Source: Hormiphora californensis (Eukaryota; Animalia; Ctenophora). Taken from it: a stretch of DNA of 64,000 nucleotides. The notes under the pieces are model-generated. The model did not search any database. It was not told where the DNA came from and saw nothing but the letters and a program-made list of their open reading frames with translations. The translations under genes were made by a program, and so were the position numbers. Shown piece by piece: positions 1 through 30,822 of this stretch; the first letter of the stretch is position 1; each line of letters starts with the position of its first letter. Location of the stretch: the NCBI GenBank assembly GCA_020137815.1, contig CM035353.1:7440001-7504000 (forward strand). The letters are read 5' to 3'.

Positions 1-248
1 GACTTCTATTTTGTTAATCATTGGTTTTCGTAACTGGAAAGATGGCCCCCAGCAAGTCTTCGGCCGGGGCCCGGTGCAGAAGTTCCGGTCAGGGGTCGTT
101 GAATCCCTCCACAAGGGTCCAGGGGTGTAGGAGTTAAGCAGGGTCCGCAAGCTGGGTCCAGGTGCTGCAAGATCATCTTTTGTTTCGTAGCTTTTCATAA
201 AAGTTGCTCTTTCCAGTTTCCTAATTCATCTTTAGTCTTTTTCTGGGA

Positions 249-288
249 TTCAAACTTTTCAACACTACTTTAAACAAATTAATTTGAG
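249..288 (+). other. Genomic copy of the ctenophore spliced-leader exon (retrocopied, not an SL RNA gene)
   Basis: TTCAAACTTTTCAACACTACTTTAAACAAATTAATTTGAG matches the ctenophore SL as recalled. It is followed by ATATG rather than a GT donor and Sm site. Confidence 0.8.
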
Positions 289-1530
289 ATATGTCCTCAG
301 GATGTTGAGACCGCCCGTAGGGGCAGGCAGAAGTTATGACGGAGAAACTTAATACCTCTGATGCAGATGTCGATCCACTGGAATGCTGGGATTTGTCGAT
401 GATGGAAAAACTTCGTTGTGCAGTAGAGAACGTTTTTTATATCAAGAACGGGCTCAAACAACCAAGTGAACAACAGGTTGATGGAGTATTGTCCAAGTTA
501 TTGGATTCTAGTTTGTATGATGATCCTGAGCAGTATATGGAGGACGCACTGCCGAAAGACTCCGAAATGAGAAAGTATAATGTTGATCGTTTCATGGCTT
601 TCACCGAGAACCTCTCTCGTCATATTTTTCGGATAGTGAGAGAAATAGGACCAGTTATGAAGGAGAAACGTCTGTATGCAACTGCCCGAATGAAAGAACG
701 CATGGAACTAGTGGAATGTAATCAGAAGCTGAAGGAGGTACAAGAAGAGCTTGGCACTTTTAAGGAAGAAATCGACAAACATCGGGTATCAAGGATTGAA
801 CTGCAAGAGAAGCTGATTGAAGCACAAAATACTTTGATTGAAGTACAAGGTCGGAAACTTAGTTCAGTGTCAGAGTCTGTTCAGAAGCATTTGCAGGGCT
901 ACTCCAAGGTGCTTGTACAGAATTGCTCTGCAGCTATTGCACCATCCCGCCTCCAAGCAGCATTGAAGAAAGCGACTGTACCCCATCCAAGTACAACCGC
1001 GGAAGAAGCAACTCTTGATCGCAAGTTGAATTTGGTTATATTTGGGCTGCCAGAAACTACGGCAAGGGCTACTGAGCATGAAGTTCAGGATATCTTTGGA
1101 GAGCTCAATGAAAAACCAGTCATATCTTCTACAAAGCGTATTGGCGAAAAGACTGATAACCGACCGAGACCAGTAATTGTTACACTTGAAAGGAGGGAAA
1201 CTTTGTTACAACTTCTAAGAAAAGCAAAACAGCTCCGAGATTCAGAGAAATTCTCCTCGGTGTTTCTCTCCCCCGACCTAACACCGGAGGAGCAGCGAGA
1301 GCGGAAAACTCTCGTTGATACAGTGAAAGGACTGAGGCGAGACAATCCGAATGGACGATACTGGGTTAGCAGGGGGGTAATTAAATGTGGCTGACCTGCT
1401 ACATGTAATTTGTACTCTAAAGAGACTTCAAAAGGAACCTTATGACTATCAATTTAGCCCACAAAAAGGGGCAGTATATGTTGTATTTTATCCAATGTAT
1501 ACATTTTAGATTTAATAATAATAATAATAA
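251..1530 (+). mobile_element. Non-autonomous ORF1-only non-LTR retroelement (HAL1-like) with a spliced leader at its 5' end and a (TAA)n tail
   Basis: 9-bp TSD TCTGGGATT at 242-250 and 1531-1539; single ORF1-like ORF; ~135-nt 3' UTR with a small GCCC/GGGC hairpin (1457-1472) ending in AGATT(TAA)6; no room for an RT. Confidence 0.85.
336..1394 (+). CDS. LINE ORF1p-like protein (coiled coil, RRM and C-terminal domain), 352 aa
   Basis: Heptad-rich middle, then DRKLNLVIFGLPE...RIG...RPRPVIV...VFLSPDLTPEEQRERK, typical of L1/L2/CR1 ORF1p. Confidence 0.85.
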   Translation: MTEKLNTSDADVDPLECWDLSMMEKLRCAVENVFYIKNGLKQPSEQQVDGVLSKLLDSSLYDDPEQYMEDALPKDSEMRKYNVDRFMAFTENLSRHIFRIVREIGPVMKEKRLYATARMKERMELVECNQKLKEVQEELGTFKEEIDKHRVSRIELQEKLIEAQNTLIEVQGRKLSSVSESVQKHLQGYSKVLVQNCSAAIAPSRLQAALKKATVPHPSTTAEEATLDRKLNLVIFGLPETTARATEHEVQDIFGELNEKPVISSTKRIGEKTDNRPRPVIVTLERRETLLQLLRKAKQLRDSEKFSSVFLSPDLTPEEQRERKTLVDTVKGLRRDNPNGRYWVSRGVIKCG

Positions 1531-2207
1531 TCTGGGATTTCCTCCAGTTCCACTGGCTGGTTAACACTAATTGTGATTTGCGTTTTCCGATATTTAAAAA
1601 CAGTGTGTTATGTATCTGGTCTCTAGAGATGGTCTCCCATGGATGGTCTCCCATCAGCAAAAAAGTTCAGAGGTAGTGTCCAAACAAAGACTGAGGCAAT
1701 TGGGAGGGCTGAGGGGTCAATTATATAGTTATCGCCTCTTGTCTCGCCGTTTGACTAAATAACTTTATTATTGTGGAACTTCACTGGCCATATAATCTGT
1801 TATTTTCGATCTATAATTTTTAGTTTTGTTGAATTAATTCTGCGACTAGTGTATTGTTTATAATGAACTCTCAATATCTCATTTGAGATCATCTATACAT
1901 AATTCTGCAACATAATTAGCCATTCACTGATGTGTGTGTCTCTGAATTGATGCCCAAATTGTATCACAGGTAGGATACTGTGTCCAGTCATATTTGCGTC
2001 ATCTCTGAGACCTGAACATGAGACTATATAAACATTAGTATTGTCGTGGACTAACGATAGTTTCGAGATCGGAAAGTTTAGAGCAGAATTCTTGTCTTTT
2101 AATCGTATACTGTGCCCATTCCCTTCTTCCCCATATATGAACAAGAACTGTTCCTTGCTAGCTGTATCTCAACTAATGTCCTTGGCAGTATTTTAGTATT
2201 TAGCAAA

Positions 2208-8560
<6,353 letters not shown>

Positions 8561-9357
8561 GATTGTTGTCATATAGAGAGCTCGATGGGTTGGGTTAAAG
8601 ACTGTTATGATTCATGAACATTGAACAAATACTATTGAAGATGATACAATCGTTTTTTACTATGCGATATATACAATTAAATATATGCCAATGAAAGTGT
8701 TCGATTGGTGCATGTATATTTTTTGGTATTTTTTACTGTTTCTGGCTGCTATTGGACAGTGAGAGATATTTTATGTATATAGTCAAGTTTTATGTCATTG
8801 TTTAGTCAAGTTTTATGTCATCAATGCCATTATATATATATTTTTACCCCCGTTATATAGATGTTTTTTCAACTTTGTACGGTGGATTGAGGGTCAAGTG
8901 CCGTCTGGAGAGCACTGCGCTGGAAAGGGAGCAGTCGCACTGCTAAGGTGGAATATAATATACATAGCATTGACCTTTCTGGGAAACAGAGAGAAATATG
9001 ATGACGTAATCTGGGTCTTTATCATGGATGATGTTGTACATGTGGTGTATGAGTTTTTGTAACTATCTAAAACAGGACGGTTCTTATTGTGTTAGTAGCA
9101 ATTCTTGTCATGAATTACTTACGAAATAACCCCTCTAAAGACCTTCGCACGCTGACAAGGGGGGGGGGGTAACTTTGTTACCAATGTGGTGAAGTAGTGA
9201 GCCATTGAACCTGAGATTATTCTTCTCAATCCTATCATTATTAGTGAATATAGGCATTTAAAGGCATCTCAAACACAATTGTTACTTGGACAACAAATGA
9301 ATCATAAAAAACATAATCAGTCCGATATCACACACTGTCCCTGGCTTGTAGAGTTCT

Positions 9358-9919
9358 CTATTCAGAGTTGCAGAGGAACTGCTTGGCCATGTTGATGATC
9401 ATGTTGATGATGTCCATCTGCCTCTCCTCAACCTGTGGGAGAGAGAGAGTACAGAGTATGTGATATGTAGCGAGTGTGTGATGATCGTGGGGTCGGTTGG
9501 CGCAACTTATTCTGTTGGTAAGCGACCCGGTTGGTTACCAATAGAAATAAGGCATTGTCAATTGGTCCTATACTCCACATCTAGGAGAGCTAGAGATATA
9601 TTACTACATACCTCTACCTCAGAGTTACACAGGAATCCCTTCAACATGTTGATGATCATGTTGATGATGTCCATCTGCCTCTCCTCAACCTGTGGGGAGA
9701 ATGTTAAATGTTAACAGTTTCGTCAAGTTATAGTGAAAGTTAATAGGACTAAACTCTAAATAAAAGTAGTATAGTGTTAATACATGTATCAGATGGTAAC
9801 TGTTAACATGTTGTTAGATGGTTAACTGTTAACATGTATCAGATGGAGTTCTTCACCTCGACAGGGGTAGCGAGAGAGAGGGCCATACAGGCAGCGAAGA
9901 TAACAGCAAAGTACTTCAT
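9358..9919 (-). CDS. Small secreted peptide precursor, ~71 aa, 3 exons (9919-9857, 9689-9612, 9432-9358)
   Basis: MKYFAVIFAACMALSLATPVE | VEERQMDIINMIINMLKGFLCNSEVE | VEERQMDIINMIINMAKQFLCNSE*; signal peptide, phase-0 GT-AG introns, TATATAA at 10010-10004. Confidence 0.85.
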
Positions 9920-10400
9920 CGTGAGAGAGTTGAGAAAGAGAGGTTGGAAGCTGTGGATTGAGTCGTTGAGTTGATTGATTAAATCTCCGATATCCCTACA
10001 TCGTTATATACCACGGACCACCGAGCCAGGTGGGTGCTTCTCATTTCGAACGTGTTGTTTTTTACACCATGGCAGGATTCACACCTTATTTCAAAAGACA
10101 GTCATTGTCTTTCAATTAGGCATCAAGGAACGTATCGACTGGATTTTATTTGAATGTGCTAAAACAGATTTATCTATCTGAAACTCATTAAGGTTTATGA
10201 GATTTGAGAATACGGCTGAGTTCAATTTTAGTCCCCCGAGCCACGGCTTGTGGTTTTTTTAACAAAATCGTGCTGACAGTAAGCGCCTTTTCCGGGTATC
10301 ATGACCAATCATCGGGGACACAGTGGCATATATACATAATATGGAGAGCCATGAATGAAACACGTCCAATCATGACTCACGATTGGACGTGTTTCATTGC

Positions 10401-10843
10401 GGTTAGTGGGTCAACCTGGAGGGGTTGGGAGGGTGGTTAGTGGGTCAACCTGGTGGGGGTTGGGAGGGTGGATAGTGGGTCAACTTGGTGGGGTTGGGAG
10501 GGTGGTAAGTGGGTCAACCTGGTGGGGGTTGGAGGGTGGTTAGTGGGTCAACCTGGTGGGAGTTGGGAGGGTGGATAGTGGGTCAACCTGGTGGGGGTTG
10601 GGAGGGATGTTAGTGGGTCAACCTGGTGGGGGTTGGGAGGGTGGATAGTGGGTCAACCTGGTGGGGGTTGGGAGGGTGGTTAGTGGGTCAACCTGGTGGG
10701 GTTGGGAGGGTGGTTAGTGGGTCAACCTGGCGGGGGTTGGGAGGGTGGATAGTGGGTCAACCTGGTGGGGGTTGGGAGGGTGGATAGTGGGTCAACCTGG
10801 TGGGGTTGGGAGGGTTGTTAGTGGGTCAACCTGATGGGGTTGG
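10401..10843. repeat. G-rich 35-36-bp minisatellite, ~12 copies
   Basis: Unit GGTTAGTGGGTCAACCTGGTGGGGGTTGGGAGGGT. Confidence 0.95.
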
Positions 10844-11299
10844 CGTGATGTAAGTTTTCAAGTTAGACCGAGGGAGAGTCTGTAAAAGACAACAATAAAT
10901 ATTATGTAGTTCATTTATGAAATAACTAATAATGTGATATTACATACTTATTCTGTATAAATATCATCTAAGGTAATGATTCGTATTTGCAATATACAAT
11001 GTTTGTGATAAAACACTTCATACAGCTGCAGCATAAGGCCCCAGTTAGAGATTCGACTACTGGTGCCAGTTTCTTGATGCCAGAGATTCAATCTGCTGCT
11101 GACACTGCGTGCGGCGCCTACTTTCAATGCAATTTACATCGAAATTCCTGCTAGTCATCGAAGATGTCACGCGCAGCATGGTTCATCAGGAGTCTCCCAG
11201 CTAACTACTGGTGTCAGTTTCCTGCAGCCTGGTGTCAGTTTCCAATCTGCAAATGGAGCGTAAGCCATAAGTCACACTTAGTGTTTTGGATATACATAC

Positions 11300-11575
11300 T
11301 CACTTAGCGGGTACCGTCTATCATTTCTGCAGGCGTCTCTGCAGTCACTTGGCGGGTACTGTCTATCATTTCTGCAGGCATCTCTGCAGTCACTTGGCGG
11401 GTACTGTCTATCATTTCTGCAGGCGTCTCTGCAGTCACTCGGCGGGTACTCATTTCTATCATTTCTACAGGCGTCTCTGCAGTCACTTGGCGGGTACTGT
11501 CTATCATTTCTGCAGGCGTCTCTGCAGTCACTCGGCGGGTACTGTCTATCATTTCTGCAGGCGTCTCTGCAGTCT
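11300..11575 (-). repeat. 57-bp coding tandem repeat (TRQVTAETPAEMIDS-like, ~5 copies) in the GPCR C-tail
   Basis: Visible in both DNA and translation. Confidence 0.9.
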
Positions 11576-14500
11576 CCAGTTCATTCGATCTTAAAGCCGT
11601 TCTGATGGCTCTCACTCTACGAGTAAAGGGTCGTGCTAGATGCATAAACATACTCACATAAAAGTTAGAATCGTACAGGAGAGGATTCAAAACTGAGTTA
11701 ATTGGTAGAATGAGAATAGAGAAGAACGGGTACCAACTTATTGCATCAATAGCCTCCGACAGGTGGAGAAAGGAGACGATACTCAGGGGTACCCAGCAGA
11801 AGAAGTCCGTCAGAATTATAGCGGATATCTTGGCCTGAAGTGCACTGTTTGATGTTCCTCGACCCACGTTCCTATTCGATACTTGTGTTTTGTAGTTTAT
11901 GTACCCGTAGCTGACGGCGATGAATACAAAACACAGGAAGTTGATCAGCAGGATAATGGTAGAAAACACCCACTGAGGATCATCACGTGTAACCAGGTAC
12001 TTGAAAACACACACCCCATCATTTCCATAGAAGTGCACAGTCGAGTTTTTTATACCTGAAGAAAATAAAAACATGTCATCGAATGTAAATTACATTGTAA
12101 TATATAGTTTGTACATAGACTGATGAGGTAGTTATTGCTTCAAGTAAATCTAGCGCTGTATTCTTACCTCCATAATCTGATGTAATCATTTCTTTCACAA
12201 TCGACCGGATTTCTTCCCAGGAGAACGAAGCCTTATCCCACGACATAGATCCACCTCCAAAGTATTCTTTGAATGTGTTGTAGTGGTTGATCTTACTGAC
12301 GGGTCTGATGAACAGTGGTGACTGGTGATAGTATAACCCATTTACAAAGTAGTCCTCGGTTAAAGATAACACCGGAATGACTGCAATGAAGAAACTTGCC
12401 AGAATTGGAGAGATAAGCAGCAGCCCAAGCTTGGTGACGGACTTGTAGCTGGAACATTCTCTCTGTATTAGATTTCCGATGTTAGCTACTCTGGTCATAC
12501 TGAGCATAGTCATCGCAAAGAGAGACAGTTGGGATCCCGTGGTGCTCAGGACGCCAAGGAAGGAACACTCACTGGAACTTAACCATTGGTACTTGTTCTG
12601 GCAGTAGTTGCCACCAGCTTTGTAGATGAAATCGAAGTAGGAGATCAGTAAAAGGTAGATACCGAGCATCAAGTCGCCTAAGCAGATCATGAGGATAGCC
12701 GCTTTATTGAGGAACATTTCGTAGGACGTTTGGCGGGGTAACTCCCAGACCGATTTCACGAATGAAACAGAGTTGCAAGATGTTGACATCAGACCCATGG
12801 TTATGCTTATTGATCTCAAAATAATATTACCAAATATGTTCTTATTTGTGGAGGGACACGTTTCCAGGCATTCGTCAGAAAAATCTTTGCAGTGGACCAC
12901 GCCATCGCACACTCGAGAGAGGACAATCAGCTCCAATGTTTCGTTGCTGCACTGGAATTGATTTTCACAGTTTTTCTCATCGGATCCATCTTCACAATCG
13001 TCCTTCAGATCACAGACTTTGTCGTAGGGAACACAGTTTTTATTGTCACACGGGAATATCTTGTTATCATAAAAACCAGGATCCTTGGCAGTTTTTACCA
13101 GTGTGGTTAGGCTTGGATCAATGGTGTCTGCGAGAGCTCGAACTCTCAAAGATTTCATGTTTTCACAAGTGTCTCCAGGAACCGGTTTTAGCGGGCATTT
13201 AGTATTCGGGCAGATGTTATTACACGCTGCATAGACGTATTGAGCTCCAAATAAATGGGAACAGTCTGCTTTCGTCTCAGGAAGCGAAACTAGGATGGGT
13301 TGTTGAACGTCTAGCACAGTCTTGACTACTCCAGCCCTGTGTTCAACTGTGTGACACTGTCCCAATTGCTTTTCTAGTTCTGAAGCTCCTTTAGGAAAAC
13401 AGTGCTGAGTGAATTGTATCCCAGAGTAACTAACGAAGGGGTTGACTAGTTCCCTAACATCGATACCAGATTGCCTCGCTGCCTCGCACAATTTAGTTTC
13501 AAAGGAGCACGTGTTAATTCGATCACAAAGTTTGTCCAAGTCAATGAAGTTTCTTTCCGCTGGACAGAGAAGAACATCCTGACATTTAGTTCCGTTTTCT
13601 CGGTATCTGGCGTAGTAGTCTTTTCCGCATTTCAACCACTGCGTTGCATCTTCATCTACTCCATCCAGACAGTCCGCTTCACCGTCCATAACCCACTGCA
13701 ATGGAATCGGAAGGGAGATGTTCTTCTCCTCATGCGAAGAGTGAAATCTTCTGATACACGTTACTTTGGTGAGATCTTTACAAGTCTCATCCTTTCCATT
13801 ACTACAGTCACGGTGTCCGTCACACAGCTGCCCCTTATGGATTTTACAATCTGGTTCAGGTTCAACACAAGCGTTATTGTACCCGTCATCACAAAGTTGA
13901 TAGTCTTCGCAATAACCCCAGAGGGAGATCGTGGTAGGGTAACCCTGGGAGAGGCACTGCATTACAACCCGTTCTGGATCACTGCAGTTGGTTTGGTCCC
14001 GTCCATCCCTACATCGAGCTATCGCTGGAAGGACACACCTCATACTTTGTTGGATTTTAATGGTAATGTACGAAGTTACAGAACATGTTGTATGATCTTT
14101 CTCTTTGAAATCAAAGCATCCTTTATTATTAATTTCATGATTGTCACAAAAGCGTTCAATGCACATCCGAGAAGGAGGATTCCACGTTTTGACTCCCCTA
14201 TTTTTGCACCAAACCCCATACTGCACACCATTGCAAAATGATTCGTCGAAACAGTCGCTCTCCTCACATTTATTGTTACATGTCTTGTCTTCCTTACTCA
14301 TACTACAGCCAAACATATTTAGTTCGGTATTACTGCATTCTCCAGCTTTACACCCCTGAAACTGTTCATTGTCTGTTCCTGCTAAGGCTAGTTGATATCC
14401 GAGTATCGCACAAATGTATGTTCCACAAAGAAGCGGTGTTCCACCTAGCTCCTTATAACCAGAGCACTCTCCAAATCCACAAACCTGGTAGAACCCTGGA

Positions 14501-14850
14501 TCAAAGGGGCACAGTGAGGAGAACGCTGTATATTCACAGCGTTTTTCTTCGTAAAAAATTTTAAACGACTTGTTTGATCGGGGGCATCTGTATAGTATTC
14601 TGCCATCCTTTATACACATATCGTGTAAATACCCATTGATTTCTGTCACCTGACAGGTGAGGTTGTAAGTTGGAATTGGTGAAGTAGTTGCTGGTGCATT
14701 AATGTCACCAGGTCCGGTTGTAGGTGCTGGTGTAGTACTACTGCTTGTAGAGTTGTCTTTACCAGATGAAACTAAACTTGCTTGTGCAGTAGTGTAACCA
14801 GATGAAACTGGTGGCACACTGTAGAGCAGTAGAAATATCAACACTAGCAT
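11304..14850 (-). CDS. LDLa-repeat class A GPCR (GRL101/relaxin-receptor-like 7TM); exons 14850-12168 and 12055-11304
   Basis: Signal peptide, Cys-rich ectodomain with CDxxxDCxDGSDE repeats, 7TM motifs GDLMLGIYL, WLSSSECSFLGVLS, TDFFCWVP, LPINSVLNPLLY; one GT-AG intron joins the two ORFs. Confidence 0.9.
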
Positions 14851-16262
14851 GATACTGATGGGAAATTATGTTTCAGTTTGCAGAAAACTAAATAAGCCTA
14901 ATAAATCTATAAATATTGGAAACCAAGGCTTGTTTACCATGTTAAAAACCTTAACAGAAAATGAATTGAACGGCCCCTAACAGTGGTGCTTGTTACAGTG
15001 GCATTACGGTAATGGCGAATACCGTATATGGTGGAATGGTGGAACCAACCATGGTGGATTGTGAGGGACCATAGTAGCAGGAAATACTTATGGCCCATTA
15101 GTCGTGGGAAGAGCTGGATAACGTTATTCACATTCTGGGTCAACTATCCCGAGGCATACCGTGTAGAAATAGTCGATAATTCTGAGAACTAAATTCTTAT
15201 ATTTGATATTGAAAGCATGAGAATTGTTATTAAGAAGTTCATCTCCAATCGTGACACCCCGTGCTCATCTGTCATGGGAGGTCTGGTGAACTATTTGTAA
15301 CCGACTAGACTCAGGGTGAAAACTGAACAGTGATGAAATAGTAAAAAGAGGAGTATACCGTTGGTTACGAAGTCACCCCTTTTATTGCATACATGAGCAA
15401 TAATAACAGAGGGGTAATTTCATTACCAAAGTATACCGTGAGGTATTGGACCTACTGGCACTGCGAGAACGTTTATGAAGATTCATTGACCAATAAATGG
15501 TCCATGCTAGTTCAGTTTCATGCTTCCTTAGATAATCTGAATTGAAGTAAAAGTCAGTAAAAGTCAATTCATTCTCATTTTGATCTTTGTCTACTGATGA
15601 TTGGTGCCTCCTCGTGGGGTATCATGAAACAATTGTATAGACCTTAAAAATTTCCGCTGTTTTCAATTTGTTGAAATAAAAGTCATTAATTCCATGTTCA
15701 TCACTATATATTAGTTCCAGTTCTTTGTACACGACTGCATCGCTACATAGTGCTGGCAGTAAGCGTCTTTTCCGGGTCCCATGTCCAATACACACGGTGA
15801 CACAGTGGCATATAGAGTCGTGGTTGGACGTGCTCCATTGTTTATCTTAGCAGAGTTATTCAGTACAGGCAATATTTTACTGGTATGGAAAACGTGTTTC
15901 AACCAGTTTCAAATCAGGTTGTGTGACAATGCGACATAGGCTAGAGTTTCCGGGGACTTTACGTAACGCGCTAAAGACACAGACCTCAAAACGGGGTCTT
16001 TGGCGCGCAGAGTCTCACATGGAGGCGCGCGCATCTTAGTATCTGCACCAGGCTGGAGATTTCAATCTCGGGAGATTTCACTCTCGAGTTGTTGTTGACT
16101 TACTCAACAAGTGAGCCGGGATTGCCGGAAATGAGGACCTTGGCAGAGGTAAAATGGAGCAAACAATTATTTTGGAATGGGAAATATATCTGACTGTATT
16201 TACACATTGATCACAAAAAGATCACACTATACACACATAACCTGCAGTCTCTTGAACACAAC

Positions 16263-28938
<12,676 letters not shown>

Positions 28939-29343
28939 TCTAAAGTCTTGAAATCGTTACAGGCTACAGAAAAAAAAGTAGTTCATTACACATAAAAAGA
29001 GGAACTAGAGCCATGAGGCACCATTAACAGTTAACACAATACGGGGATTTAAATCATAACTGACGGATAACTGTAGAATGGTTCTAAAATGAAACCCTAG
29101 CTTTTTCTAAGATGGTTCGGTCATTTTCAAATGAGCTAGAGCTAAAAATGACTGAACATAATAGCCTTAAAAGTGAAATCATGTGCTAACCATAAGCAAG
29201 ATTATTGTGACCAGATATTTAGGTTCTTTTTAGTAGAATTCATGAGGTATTCATCCGACTCAGTGGCCCGAAGGAATCAAATTGACGCGATTTTGATGGT
29301 TTGAAGAAGAAAAAAGGGTGATTTTCGCGTTTGTGTTCGTGTT

Positions 29344-29659
29344 GGGCCAGCGTATATGTTGAGTTAATGCAATGTATACATTTTTAGATTTAATAATAAT
29401 AATAATAATGGGCCAGCGTTAAAATCTGGGTGTTTTGGGAGTGCTGACAAACGGTTTTTTAGGGTTAGGGCTAAAGTAGGGTTGGGGTTAGGGTTGGGGT
29501 TTGGGTTGGGGTTAGGCCTTGACATTCCCTACCAGATAAACTTTGAATTAGCCAAAACGGTTGAGTGGTTTCGCGGTTAGAGCCATTTTAGTGAATCAAC
29601 TTTTTTGGCAGCGTGCACCTGTAAACAGGCCTCCAAATACCCAGATCGTAACGGCGCCC
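29344..29659. mobile_element. MITE with internal telomere-like (TTAGGG/TTGGGG) array
   Basis: Imperfect TIRs GGGCCAGCGTTAAAATCTGGGTG / TACCCAGATCGTAACGGCGCCC; array at ~29459-29516. Confidence 0.6.
29354..29408 (+). mobile_element. 55-bp extreme 5'-truncated non-LTR insertion (3' tail only)
   Basis: 11-bp TSD TGGGCCAGCGT (29343-29353, 29409-29419); sequence closely matches 1476-1530. Confidence 0.85.
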
Positions 29660-29667
29660 TTCTATTC

Positions 29668-29871
29668 TAGTGGAAGCTCTTACGGTAATTCCCACGCCCC
29701 GTGGGAAAGTTTTTGACCGTGGGAAAGTTTTCAAAGCGTGGGAAAAGAGAGATACATACAATAACTAAGAAAAAACAATTTATTTTTTCTAGTTATTGTA
29801 TGTATCTCTCTTTTCCCACGCTTTGAAAACTTTCCCACGGGGCGTGGGAATTACCGTAAGAGCTTCCACTA
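29668..29871. mobile_element. ~200-bp palindromic MITE
   Basis: TAGTGGAAGCTCTTACGGTAATTCCCACG...CGTGGGAATTACCGTAAGAGCTTCCACTA. Confidence 0.85.
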
Positions 29872-30001
29872 TTCGTGTTGCGAGTGCAACGCAAGAAACG
29901 AGATGTACTTTACGCGGTGGCGCGGCGGCTAAATAGGTGTAACCCGCGAATAATTTTGATAACTACGCTGCAGATACTCACTTGTGCTCAGCCGCGCTTT
30001 A

Positions 30002-30822
30002 TAGTTAGGAACACTATTGGTGCGCGGTCGTGCCCACGGAAGGAGTGCTTGGATCATCTTGAAACCGGTTTTAAGTTAACTAATGCATATCCAAAAGTGT
30101 CTGTAGCTATTTGGGTGATGTTCTGACAATCCAATCACGAGTTATGACGAAAAAACAGTCAAAAAAGACGTTTTAAAGTGACAAAAAGGAGGACCTGAAC
30201 ACAGCCCTTATATGAAGGGTTGGGGCTATGAAACTTCTTGAGTGGACAGAGAATCGTCCAAATTTGCAGTGTCAACTTTGGAATAGTTTCTATCTTTTGT
30301 AGTTATCTAATTAGAGCCGTTCAAACATGTGAGACGACCTGCAAAACAGGGTAATTTGGTACTGTTTCCGTCCCATATTGCTTGCTCTCACCGCTTGTAT
30401 GCTTTAATCTGCTCTCTAATTGGGCAAATCTCGTCAAGTGATCACTTCACAAGCAAAAATACACCGTATTAGAGGCCCCTGCAGCATCTTCTCACATGTT
30501 TAATCAGCTCTAATTAGATAACTACCAAAGATAGAAACTATTCCAAAGTTGACACTGCAAATTTGGACGATTCTCTGTCCACTCAAGAAGTTTCATAGCC
30601 CCAACCCTTCATATAAGGGCTGTGTTCAGGTCCTCCTTTTTGTCACTTAAAAACGTCTTTTTTGACTGTTTTTTCGTCATAACTCGTGATTGGATTGTCA
30701 GAACATCACCCAAATAGCTACAGACACTTTTGGATATGCATTAGTTAACTTAAAACCGGTTTCAAGATGATCCAAGCACTCCTTCCGTGGGCACGACCGC
30801 GCACCAATAGTGTTCCTAACTA
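30002..30822. mobile_element. 820-bp foldback MITE
   Basis: ~330-bp inverted arms; TTA on both flanks (29999-30001, 30823-30825), compatible with PIF/Harbinger; a TA TSD is also possible. Confidence 0.88.

Noticed and set aside
1-241. Minus-strand open frame at the window edge, possibly interrupted by the retroelement
   Set aside because: Rejoining the flanks across the TSD gives stops in all three frames; no recognisable motif.
249-330. SL RNA gene
   Set aside because: No GT donor or Sm site follows the leader; it runs straight into an mRNA-like sequence inside a TSD.
11286-11594. His/Cys-rich repeat ORF, or a CRISPR-like array
   Set aside because: Antisense reading of the GPCR 57-bp coding repeat; no unique spacers.
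29459-29516. Interstitial telomere
   Set aside because: Short, degenerate and enclosed by TIRs, so better explained as internal to a MITE.
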